From Blastocatellia bacterium (GTDB lineage Bacteria > Acidobacteriota > Blastocatellia > UBA7656), in assembly GCA_963765495.1 (NCBI GenBank), contig CAVXWP010000015.1:64001-128000 (forward strand): a stretch of DNA of 64,000 bases, given 5' to 3'. The first letter of the stretch is position 1. Each line of letters starts with the position of its first letter. This document shows, piece after piece, positions 9,982-18,688 of this stretch. The translations under genes and the position numbers were made by a program. Below the pieces are notes generated by a model. It was given only the letters and a program-made list of their open reading frames with translations. It was not told the DNA's origin and made no database searches.

Positions 9982-11619
9982 TTGAAGATGCAAAGCAGGT
10001 TTAAGGCAAGACTCAATAACAGGGGCTTTTATCTGGCGGTCGCGGCGGGGCTGATGATTTTATTCACGGCTCTCGCGGTCGGCAGCGCCCTGACAAAACG
10101 CCCCTGGAGCGATGAAGGCTGGTTTGCCAGTCCCGCCTATAATCTGATTACAAAAGGTTCGATGGGGACGACCGTGCTTGAGCCTACGGGATGGCTGAAA
10201 GGGATCAACCAGTACACCTACTGGGTAGTGCCGCTGCACATCATCGCGCAGGCCGGGTGGTACGAGGTATTCGGCTTCAGCCTGCTTTCGATGCGGACGC
10301 TTTCGACCGCGTGGGGGCTTGTGGCGCTCGTTTCGTGGTTTCTGATAATGCATTCGCTTTCGGGAAATCATAAAGTGGCATTGCTCGCAATGGGGCTTAT
10401 CGCGCTCGATTACAGTTTTATAATGGGCGCTTCGTTCGGGCGGATGGATATGATGTGCGCCGCGCTTGGCTTTGCCGCTTATGCCGCTTACCTGACGCTC
10501 AGAGAGCGGCACTTCGCGCTTGCCGTACTCGCGAGCCAGATACTTGTGACCGCAAGCGGTCTTACTCATCATCTGGGCATACTTGCTTTTGCGGGGCTCT
10601 TGTTTCTCACATTCTATTTCGACCGCTCGAAGCTCAGGTGGAAACACGCCGCAATAGGCGTGATTCCTTACTTGATAGGAGCCGCGCTCTGGGGGCTTTA
10701 CATAATGAAAAGCCCTGCTCTTTTCATAACACAGTTTGGCGGCAACGCGCAGACGGGCGGCAGGATGACGGCGTTGCTTCACCCGCTGACGGGTCTCTGG
10801 AACGAGATCGCGCAAAGGTATCTTGTCGCATTCGGCATGGGGCCGCACAACGCGGGCCACGGCGGACTGGTCAGCCTGAAGATTTTTATACTCCTCGCCT
10901 ACGTGGCGGGGATCATTGGCGCAATCAGCACCCGCGCCATTCGCCGCCATCGCGGATACAGAGCCCTGTTGATTTTAGCGGCGATCTATTTTGTCATCCT
11001 TACGATTTACGACGGGCAGAAATTGGCGTGGTATCTTGTGCACACTATACCGATATTTGCGGCGATACTGGCCGCCTATGTTGACTGGTGCTGGACCGAG
11101 AGCCGCGTGCCCGGCTGGGCGATTGCCACGGGCGTCTGCTGTCTTATGTTGCTTCAGGTCGGCGGCGTGGTTCAGAGGATGAGAGTGAATACTTATCAGG
11201 AGAGCTATGTGCCGGCGGTCAATTTCCTGAAGGCCAACGCGCGAGAGGGCGCTCTAATAATGGGAAGCGCAGAACTCGGGTTTGCGCTTCGCTTCCCTGA
11301 CAATTTGATAGACGATACGCGGCTCGGCTATTACAGCGGGAGGCGCGCGAAATTCGTCGTCGTCGAAGAGATTTATGAAGATGCGTTTGACGGTGCGCGC
11401 AAAAGCGATCCGCAGGCGTATGAATATATTCAGGACTCGTTAAAGCGAAACTACCGGCAGGTGTACGATCAGGGCTTTTACCAAATTTACGCGCTCGAAG
11501 ATGAAAGAGACGCGGAGAAAGAGACATATGAGGGGGCCGAGAGAGAGCGCGAATCTCAACCGGTTTCTGCCGATGCAAGTAATATCGCCGCGTCTCGTTT
11601 ATCAGGAGGTGAGAGATGA
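9982..11619 (+). CDS. GT-C / ArnT-PMT-like polytopic membrane glycosyltransferase
   Basis: WSDE after TM1, GRMD motif, many hydrophobic segments. Confidence 0.75.
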   Translation: MKMQSRFKARLNNRGFYLAVAAGLMILFTALAVGSALTKRPWSDEGWFASPAYNLITKGSMGTTVLEPTGWLKGINQYTYWVVPLHIIAQAGWYEVFGFSLLSMRTLSTAWGLVALVSWFLIMHSLSGNHKVALLAMGLIALDYSFIMGASFGRMDMMCAALGFAAYAAYLTLRERHFALAVLASQILVTASGLTHHLGILAFAGLLFLTFYFDRSKLRWKHAAIGVIPYLIGAALWGLYIMKSPALFITQFGGNAQTGGRMTALLHPLTGLWNEIAQRYLVAFGMGPHNAGHGGLVSLKIFILLAYVAGIIGAISTRAIRRHRGYRALLILAAIYFVILTIYDGQKLAWYLVHTIPIFAAILAAYVDWCWTESRVPGWAIATGVCCLMLLQVGGVVQRMRVNTYQESYVPAVNFLKANAREGALIMGSAELGFALRFPDNLIDDTRLGYYSGRRAKFVVVEEIYEDAFDGARKSDPQAYEYIQDSLKRNYRQVYDQGFYQIYALEDERDAEKETYEGAERERESQPVSADASNIAASRLSGGER

Positions 11620-12929
11620 AGTTGAGTATTTTTGGTCTGGGGTATGTCGGATGCGTCTCTGCCGCATGCTTTGCGAAAGAGAATCACAGGGTAATCGGCG
11701 TAGACGTAAATCCGCTGAAAGTCGAAATTATAAACGGCGGACGGAGCCCCATAGTCGAGCCGGGAATAGAGGAGTTGATTGCAGCGGCGGTCCGAGCCGG
11801 GCGCTTGAGGGCTACGACCGATGCCGCCGAAGCGATTGCCGAATCCGATGTCTCGCTCGTATGCATAGGCACGCCCGGCAACCACAACGGCAGCCTCGAC
11901 CTCACATATATCAAGCGCGCCTGTCAGCAGATAGGCGAGGCGCTTGCGGCAAAGCGCCGCTATCACATAGTCGTTATCCGCAGCACGATGCTACCGGGCA
12001 CGATAGAAAATACGGTTGTGCCCGCGCTCGAAGTCTATTCGGGCAGGCGTGCGGGTAGCGATTTCGGGGTAGCGATAAACCCTGAATTCCTGCGCGAAGG
12101 CACCTCGATACAGGATTTCAACAATCCGCCTTTTACCTTGATCGGGGCCGACGATGAAGACGCGGGCGGCCCCTTGCGGAGGCTCTACGCGCATCTTTCC
12201 GCGCCGATGATAACAGTCGGGGTCAAAGAAGCCGAGATGGTGAAGTATGCCTGCAACGCCTTTCACGCGCTTAAGGTGACGTTTGCAAACGAAATAGGCG
12301 GCATCTGCAAGGCGCTCGGCGTAGACAGCCATAAAGTGATGGATGTCTTTTGCCGGGATACAAAGTTGAACCTGTCGCCTTATTATCTGAAGCCGGGATT
12401 TGCATTTGGCGGCTCCTGTCTGCCTAAAGATTTGCGCGCCATCACCTACAAGGCGAAGGCGCTCGATATCGAAGTGCCGATGCTCAATTCGATAATGATC
12501 AGCAACCGTCAGCAGATCGAGCGAGCCGTCGATGAGGTCTTGCAGACCGGGCTCAAGCGAATCGGCGTCCTGGGCCTCAGCTTTAAATCCGGCACGGATG
12601 ATTTGCGCGAAAGCCCTATGGTGACGCTTATAGAAGCCCTGATAGGCAAGGGGCTGAGACTTACGATCTATGACCGCGATGTGGAGCTTGCGCGGCTGTT
12701 TGGCGCAAACAAAGAGTATATCGAGCGCGAGATACCGCATATCTCTTCGCTGATGCATTCGGATTTGAACGAGGTGATCGAAGGTTCCGAGGTGATAATC
12801 ATCGGGAAGAAGGAAGAGGAGTTTCGCCTTCTTTCAGACAGGCTGAATATCGGACGTGTGGTCATAGACCTTGTGGGGCTTTTCGAAGCGGAAGACAACC
12901 GGCTGGTCTATAAGGGCGTGTGCTGGTGA
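11616..12929 (+). CDS. algD: GDP-mannose 6-dehydrogenase-like nucleotide-sugar dehydrogenase
   Basis: IFGLGYVG Rossmann motif, NPEFLREG, KYACNAFHALK, PGFAFGGSCLPKD (catalytic Cys), FKSGTDDLRESP. Confidence 0.85.
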   Translation: MKLSIFGLGYVGCVSAACFAKENHRVIGVDVNPLKVEIINGGRSPIVEPGIEELIAAAVRAGRLRATTDAAEAIAESDVSLVCIGTPGNHNGSLDLTYIKRACQQIGEALAAKRRYHIVVIRSTMLPGTIENTVVPALEVYSGRRAGSDFGVAINPEFLREGTSIQDFNNPPFTLIGADDEDAGGPLRRLYAHLSAPMITVGVKEAEMVKYACNAFHALKVTFANEIGGICKALGVDSHKVMDVFCRDTKLNLSPYYLKPGFAFGGSCLPKDLRAITYKAKALDIEVPMLNSIMISNRQQIERAVDEVLQTGLKRIGVLGLSFKSGTDDLRESPMVTLIEALIGKGLRLTIYDRDVELARLFGANKEYIEREIPHISSLMHSDLNEVIEGSEVIIIGKKEEEFRLLSDRLNIGRVVIDLVGLFEAEDNRLVYKGVCW

Positions 12930-12966
12930 GCGAAAAGAACATCCTCGAGACTGCATTTCTGTCTGC

Positions 12967-12995
12967 TTGATTGATAAATCGCAGACCGCTATAGT
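12967..12995 (+). promoter_or_regulatory. Putative sigma70 promoter of the ATPase gene
   Basis: TTGATT-17 nt-TATAGT, then GGGAG SD before ATG 13021. Confidence 0.5.
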
Positions 12996-13020
12996 CTGGA
13001 ACGTATAGGGGGAGTGGTAA

Positions 13021-13890
13021 ATGTACATGAAGTTTTACGAGCTTGAGGAAGAACCGTTTGGGCTGACACCTGATCCAAGATTCATTTTCGAAACAGAGAG
13101 CCATCTTGAGGCGCTGGCTACGCTCAAGTATGGCATCGAGCATAACAAGAGCCTCATTCTTTTGACCGGAGAATCCGGGTCGGGCAAGACCACAACCCTG
13201 CGGGCCGTGATCCGCGACTTCAGCGACGATATACTGCCCGTCTACCTATTCAACCCCTTTCTTACCGCGCCGGAATTTTTCGAGTATCTGGCGACCGAGC
13301 TTGGGATAAAATTTCCGAGAGGGGCTACAAAACCCGAGATACTTTCAGCACTCGGTCGCTTTCTGGCCGCGCGCCACTCCAAAGGATTGCGCACGCTTCT
13401 GATAATTGATGAGGCGCACGGATTGCCTCTGGAATTGCTCGAAGAGTCCCGCCTGTTGCTGAACTTCGAAACCAACAGCGAAAAGCTCATACAGATAATA
13501 CTGAGCGGGCAGCCCGAATTACAGGACTCGCTCAATCGCCCGAACATGCGACAATTAAAACAACGGGTTTCCCTGCGGTGTAACATAAAACCGCTCAGCG
13601 TCTTCGAGATAGGCAACTACATCCGATCCCGGCTCAAGACGGCGGGCGGTAAGAACTTGAACCTGTTCGACAACAGCGCGGTTGGGCTCATAGCCCACGC
13701 CTCGCAGGGAATACCCCGCGTGGTCAATAATATCTGTGACAACGCGTTGCTCTACGGCTATGCTTCTGGAAGCGCGATCATAAACCGCGACATCATCGCG
13801 GATGTAATAGCGGCGCTCGATATCGTTCCGATGGCCGCGACCGGCAATTCCTCTTCCGGGTTTGGCGAAGAGATGAGTTCAGGAGACTAA
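13021..13890 (+). CDS. ExeA/GspA-like AAA ATPase (type associated with exosortase/PEP-CTERM loci)
   Basis: PFGLTPDPRF N-terminus, Walker A GESGSGKT, Walker B LLIIDEAH, GQPEL, GIPRVVNNICD. Confidence 0.88.
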   Translation: MYMKFYELEEEPFGLTPDPRFIFETESHLEALATLKYGIEHNKSLILLTGESGSGKTTTLRAVIRDFSDDILPVYLFNPFLTAPEFFEYLATELGIKFPRGATKPEILSALGRFLAARHSKGLRTLLIIDEAHGLPLELLEESRLLLNFETNSEKLIQIILSGQPELQDSLNRPNMRQLKQRVSLRCNIKPLSVFEIGNYIRSRLKTAGGKNLNLFDNSAVGLIAHASQGIPRVVNNICDNALLYGYASGSAIINRDIIADVIAALDIVPMAATGNSSSGFGEEMSSGD

Positions 13891-13892
13891 CA

Positions 13893-14051
13893 AGGGATGA
13901 GGGATTTCGTAAGGGATGAGGGATGAGGGATGAAAAAGAATCTGGGGACACAAACCAATTAATGAGGGCAACCATTTATCGGAGTGTTTCCTAAGAGTCC
14001 GATTCATCCCTCATCCCTCATCCCTCATCCCTCCTGAAATCCCTCATCCCT
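13893..14051. repeat. Inverted heptamer array (AGGGATG)n...(CATCCCT)n
   Basis: Arms 13893-13934 and 14003-14051; terminal 16 bp perfectly complementary, including the aberrant GATTTC/GAAATC unit. Confidence 0.92.
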
Positions 14052-14058
14052 CAAGATT

Positions 14059-15363
14059 ATGCGTGCGGTTGATGTAATAGCGAAGAAGCGCGACGGCAGG
14101 GAATTGTCGCGCGAAGAGATTCGGTTCATAGTGCGCGGGTACACCGATGGCGAGGTGGCGGATTATCAGATGGCCGCTTTGCTGATGGCGGTTTATCTGC
14201 GCGGGATGAGCGGCGAAGAGACGCTCTTTCTGACCGAAGAGATGCTCTATTCGGGCGAGGTCATGGATTTTTCGGATATGGCGCGGCCTCGCGTTGATAA
14301 GCACTCGACCGGCGGCGTGGGTGATAAGACATCTCTGGTTCTCGCTCCCGTAGTGGCCGCGGCCGGGGTGCTTGTGCCCATGATCTCGGGGCGGGCGCTT
14401 GCGCATTCGGGCGGCACTCTCGATAAGCTTGAATCGATTCCCGGATTTCGAACCGACCTGTCGCTTGCGGAATTTCGCTCGACGCTTGAAAAAGTCGGTA
14501 CTGCCCTCATAGGTCAGACCGCTGAGATAGCCCCCGCTGACAAAAAACTCTACGCCTTGCGCGATGTCACCGCGACCGTCGAATGCCGCCCGCTGATGGC
14601 CGGCTCTATCCTGAGCAAGAAGATGGCCGAAGGCATCAACGGCATCGTCTTTGACGTGAAGGTAGGCAATGGAGCCTTCATGAAGAGCGAAGAAGAGGCT
14701 ACGGCGCTTGCGCATTTGATGGTTGCGATTTCGCGCCGGATGGATAAAGAAGCGGTCGCGCTTATCACGGATATGAATCAGCCGCTTGGCCGCGCCGTGG
14801 GTAATTCGCTTGAAGTCATCGAGGCCTTTGAAGCCCTGCGCGGGCGTGGTCCGACCGATTTTATAACCCTGTGCCGCGAGCTTTCGGCCGAGATGATAGT
14901 CATGGGCAAGGCCGCAAGCGATATGGAGCAGGGGCGCCGCCTTTACGATGATCTGATTGCGTCGGGCGCGGCGATGGATAAAATGCGCGAGATAATCAGC
15001 GCGCAGGGAGGCAATCCCGAATCCGCGGATGATTACGATTTGTTACCGCGCGCCTCACGCAAGCAATCTGTTAAGGCAAAACGGGCGGGCTATGTACAGA
15101 CCATAGACACCCAGGCCATAGGCCGGGCTTCGATGTTGCTGGGCGCGGGCCGCGCGCGTCTCGATTCAAAGATTGATCTGAGCGTAGGGCTTTCGTCCGA
15201 GGCCAGAATAGGCGACAAGGTGGAAGTTGATTCCGAGCTTGCCGTCATTCATTTCAACGACGATTCGCGAGTCGGCGAAGTCGCCGAAATTCTTGAACGC
15301 GCTTACCATACGGGGCCGAATCCTGTCGACCCGCCTGAACTGGTCAAATCCGTGTTGCGTTGA
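14059..15363 (+). CDS. pdp: Pyrimidine-nucleoside (thymidine) phosphorylase
   Basis: DKHSTGGVGDK, SGRALAHSGGTLDKLESIPG, PADKKLYALRDVT, SILSKK. Confidence 0.95.
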   Translation: MRAVDVIAKKRDGRELSREEIRFIVRGYTDGEVADYQMAALLMAVYLRGMSGEETLFLTEEMLYSGEVMDFSDMARPRVDKHSTGGVGDKTSLVLAPVVAAAGVLVPMISGRALAHSGGTLDKLESIPGFRTDLSLAEFRSTLEKVGTALIGQTAEIAPADKKLYALRDVTATVECRPLMAGSILSKKMAEGINGIVFDVKVGNGAFMKSEEEATALAHLMVAISRRMDKEAVALITDMNQPLGRAVGNSLEVIEAFEALRGRGPTDFITLCRELSAEMIVMGKAASDMEQGRRLYDDLIASGAAMDKMREIISAQGGNPESADDYDLLPRASRKQSVKAKRAGYVQTIDTQAIGRASMLLGAGRARLDSKIDLSVGLSSEARIGDKVEVDSELAVIHFNDDSRVGEVAEILERAYHTGPNPVDPPELVKSVLR

Positions 15364-15511
15364 CCGCGTAACCGGAATCGTTCTTTTCTTTCACCCGCTT
15401 TGATGTACAATCGAGTGCCCAGAGAAGTATCTATAAATCTCAACATGGAAATAGCAGGGTAAATCAGAGAGATTTGATTGCCTGTCCCTGTTCATTTCAA
15501 AGGAGGAGGAG

Positions 15512-16639
15512 ATGAGTAAGAGAGTCACTCGCCGTGATTTTGTTCGCGGCAGCGCAGTTGCCGGAGTCGTCGCCGGGATGCATGTAGATTTGCCGGTCTT
15601 CTCTCAGTCGAATGTGGCGCGCCCGCTGGTCATTTCAAGCGCCAATGGTTTGCGCGCCAATGAAAAGGCCATGCAGATGATTCGAGCGGGCGCTGATACT
15701 CTGGACGCGGTGGTAGCCGGGGTCAACATAATCGAGGACGACCCTAAAGATATGAGCGTAGGCTATGGCGGTTTGCCCAACGAGGACGGCGATGTCGAAC
15801 TCGATGCCAGCGTAATGCACGGACCCACAAAGCGAGCCGGAGCGGTCGCCGCCATCAGGCATATCAAGAACCCGTCAAAGGTTGCGAAACTCGTGCTCGA
15901 ACGCACAGATCATCTGTTGCTGGTCGCCGAGGGCGCGCTCAGATTCGCACTTGCCCACGGATTTAAGAAAGAAGATTTATTGACGGACGAGTCTCGCGCA
16001 GTATGGTTGCGCTGGAAAGAGACCATGAGCGATAAAGACGGCTGGGGGCCGGGCCTCGCCTCGCCCGAAAACCAGTCTCCGAGTTCCTCGCTTGTAAGCG
16101 ATCCGAAGCAAGCGGAACTGATCGCTCTGGCAGATCGAATAATCGCCCATCCTCCGACCGGAACCATAAATTGCATAGCGATAAACGAGCGCGGAGACAT
16201 TTCAGGAACGACGACGACAAGCGGGCTGGCCTTCAAGATACCGGGCCGGGTGGGAGATTCGCCTCTCATCGGGAGCGGGCTTTTCGTAGATAACGAGATC
16301 GGGGCCGCAGGCTCTACGGGCCGGGGCGAAGAGTGCATAAAGATCAACGGCGCGCACACCGTGGTCGAAATGATGCGGCGCGGCATGTCGCCTACGGATG
16401 CCTGTATGGAAGCCGTAAAGCGTGTGGCCGCAAATTACAACGGCGATCTGAAGAAGCTCCAGAAATTCGATATACAGTTTTACGCGCTGAACAAGAACGG
16501 CCAGCACGGAGGCGCTACGCTCTGGGGCTATCATACGGGGAAAGACGGCAATCGCCATCGCAGCACTTATGCGGTGCACGACGGGCGCGAAAACAAGCTG
16601 CACGATCTGGCCTATCTGCACGAAGGCCCGCCCGAGTAA
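15512..16639 (+). CDS. Tat-exported glycosylasparaginase/isoaspartyl-peptidase family Ntn hydrolase
   Basis: TRRDFV Tat motif, SVGYGGLP, ELDASVM, GRVGDSP, STGRGE; strong GGAGG SD. Confidence 0.9.
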   Translation: MSKRVTRRDFVRGSAVAGVVAGMHVDLPVFSQSNVARPLVISSANGLRANEKAMQMIRAGADTLDAVVAGVNIIEDDPKDMSVGYGGLPNEDGDVELDASVMHGPTKRAGAVAAIRHIKNPSKVAKLVLERTDHLLLVAEGALRFALAHGFKKEDLLTDESRAVWLRWKETMSDKDGWGPGLASPENQSPSSSLVSDPKQAELIALADRIIAHPPTGTINCIAINERGDISGTTTTSGLAFKIPGRVGDSPLIGSGLFVDNEIGAAGSTGRGEECIKINGAHTVVEMMRRGMSPTDACMEAVKRVAANYNGDLKKLQKFDIQFYALNKNGQHGGATLWGYHTGKDGNRHRSTYAVHDGRENKLHDLAYLHEGPPE

Positions 16640-16696
16640 GGGGAGACCCATTTGCGAGAAAACGGCAACTGTGAATTTCGAGGAAAGGCGGATGGG

Positions 16697-16798
16697 AATA
16701 GGCCACGGATGACACGGATCAGACGGATTTTCGCGGATCTGATCAAATAAGGTCTAATTCGTGTTTATCTGTCCGACCCGTATTATCCGTGGCCTATT
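16697..16798. repeat. CGGAT-unit inverted-repeat element, copy 3, between convergent genes
   Basis: Perfect 14-bp terminal inverted repeats AATAGGCCACGGAT / ATCCGTGGCCTATT. Confidence 0.88.
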
Positions 16799-16827
16799 TC
16801 AGTTTTCCTGGCAATGCATGATCGGAT

Positions 16828-17364
16828 TCAAGACCCTTTCAACTCCTCGCGTATGGATTCGATCTGCTTCAGGTGGTTTATGTCGTGTCCGGCCAGGAGC
16901 ATCACTATACGGCCAAAGCTTTCTTTGCCTCGCTCCGAATGCAGGCCGTATCGGTCCCAGTCCGGTTTTGGGGTCGAGCGAATCAGTCTCAAGTTCGCCT
17001 CTCGAAGCACGCGGAATCGTTCGAGCGTTTCTCGCAGAGGCTCTTTTTGTTTGCGCGCGCGCTCGGCGAATGCCGTCTGGTTATAGCCTTCAATCACCGG
17101 CTTATCCTCGGCAAGAATTTTTCGATAGCGGTATGCGTTGACCATCTCGCCATCGGCGAGGTGTCCGATGATGTCACGAATCGCCCATTTGTCGGACGCA
17201 GAGCGATAATCGATCTGGCGCGGCGATAGCCCCTCTGTCAGCTTGACGAGTCTCTTGTAGGTGGCGCTCAGCACCTTGACCGGGTCGCGCCCGGCAAGCT
17301 GAGATTCGATCCTCTTCACATACGCCTGAATTTCGGGCGAAACTTTCACGGGTTTTGCTTGCAT
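16828..17364 (-). CDS. DinB/YfiT-family protein
   Basis: KWAIRDIIGHLAD and AGHDINH metal-binding His; AAGGAA SD before ATG 17364. Confidence 0.85.
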   Translation of the reverse strand: MQAKPVKVSPEIQAYVKRIESQLAGRDPVKVLSATYKRLVKLTEGLSPRQIDYRSASDKWAIRDIIGHLADGEMVNAYRYRKILAEDKPVIEGYNQTAFAERARKQKEPLRETLERFRVLREANLRLIRSTPKPDWDRYGLHSERGKESFGRIVMLLAGHDINHLKQIESIREELKGS

Positions 17365-17595
17365 ATCAATTCCTTTCAGAAACTTGGTTTCAGCGTCGGG
17401 CCAAAAGCAATGTTTAAAGATATTGCCGGGGCAGCGTCCGGGGCAAGCCCTACTTGTGTTGAGCGCGATTCTGTAGTAGCTTTGGAACATGAACTGCTGT
17501 TATCGGCTACTAATTCAAACGGCTACAGTGTGATAATGATAGTGTGATGCTGTCCGCGCTTGTGAGATTCAAAACCGGCCGGACGCTTTTTTTCT

Positions 17596-18579
17596 ATGGG
17601 AGATGAATCAGCAGTATTGAAAAAAGTAATTTTACCCGAAGAAGGCATAAAGGCGCTGTTCGGTCCCTACGACGAGAACATCAAGTATCTTGAAGGGCTT
17701 CTCGGCGTGCGCGTCTCATTGCGCGGCAACGAGTTGATGGTCGAAGGCGACGAGCAGGACGTTGGACTGGTCGAAAGCATACTCGGAGATTACGCCGCCC
17801 TCTTTGAAGAGGGAAGGCGGATGTCGAATGACGAGCTTAAATCGGCATTCAGACAGATAGCCGAAGACCGCGCCTATACGTTGCGCGATTATTTCACCAA
17901 GTCGCGGCTCAATCCTACTGGCAAAAAACAGGTCACTCCTCGCTCGATAAACCAGCGCCGCTACATCGAAGCCATCGAAAAAAACGATGTGGTGTTTGGC
18001 ATAGGAGTCGCCGGAACGGGCAAGACCTATCTCGCCGTGGCATTGGCCGTGCAGGCGCTCATGCAGAAACGCGTGAACCGCATAGTGCTGGCGCGTCCGG
18101 CGGTCGAGGCGGGCGAAAAGCTGGGCTTTCTGCCGGGCGATTTGCAGGATAAAGTAGACCCGTATTTGCGACCGCTCTACGATGCGCTCTTTGATCTTGT
18201 AGATTACGAGAAGGTGACAAAGTTGCTCGAAAAGCGAGTGATCGAAGTCGCCCCACTTGCCTTCATGCGTGGAAGAACGCTTTCGGAATCGTTCATAATT
18301 TTGGATGAGGCTCAGAACACGACATCCGAACAGATGAAGATGTTTCTGACCCGAATAGGGCTCGGTTCTAAAGCCGTGATCACGGGCGATGTGACCCAGA
18401 TAGATCTGCCCGCCGGTCGCCGTTCCGGCCTCGTCGAGGCCCAGCGCGTGGTCGGCAATTTGCAGGGCATCGAGTTTATCTATTTCACCGAAAAAGATGT
18501 CGTGCGACATCACCTGGTTCAAATGATAATACAAGCCTATGAACAGCACGGAAAATCGAGGCTCGAAGATAAGCTTTAA
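17596..18579 (+). CDS. phoH: PhoH-family ATPase
   Basis: [42 protein letters not shown]. Confidence 0.95.
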   Translation: MGDESAVLKKVILPEEGIKALFGPYDENIKYLEGLLGVRVSLRGNELMVEGDEQDVGLVESILGDYAALFEEGRRMSNDELKSAFRQIAEDRAYTLRDYFTKSRLNPTGKKQVTPRSINQRRYIEAIEKNDVVFGIGVAGTGKTYLAVALAVQALMQKRVNRIVLARPAVEAGEKLGFLPGDLQDKVDPYLRPLYDALFDLVDYEKVTKLLEKRVIEVAPLAFMRGRTLSESFIILDEAQNTTSEQMKMFLTRIGLGSKAVITGDVTQIDLPAGRRSGLVEAQRVVGNLQGIEFIYFTEKDVVRHHLVQMIIQAYEQHGKSRLEDKL

Positions 18580-18686
18580 GTGATTGGTGAAACGTGATGC
18601 GTGAGAAATGCAATCGGCCTGATTAAAGGAGCGATGCTTTTAAGTCACGCATCACGAATCACGCATCACGAATCACGCATCACGAA
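18580..18686. repeat. Inverted heptamer array, TCACG(C/A)A family, copy 1
   Basis: GTGATTG GTGAAAC GTGATGC GTGA ... (TCACGCA TCACGAA)x3; begins at the phoH stop and ends 2 nt before ATG 18689. Confidence 0.9.
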
Positions 18687-18688
18687 TT

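Noticed and set aside
15448-15498. Riboswitch in the asparaginase 5' UTR
   Set aside because: Only an imperfect stem that ends before the SD; no known aptamer consensus
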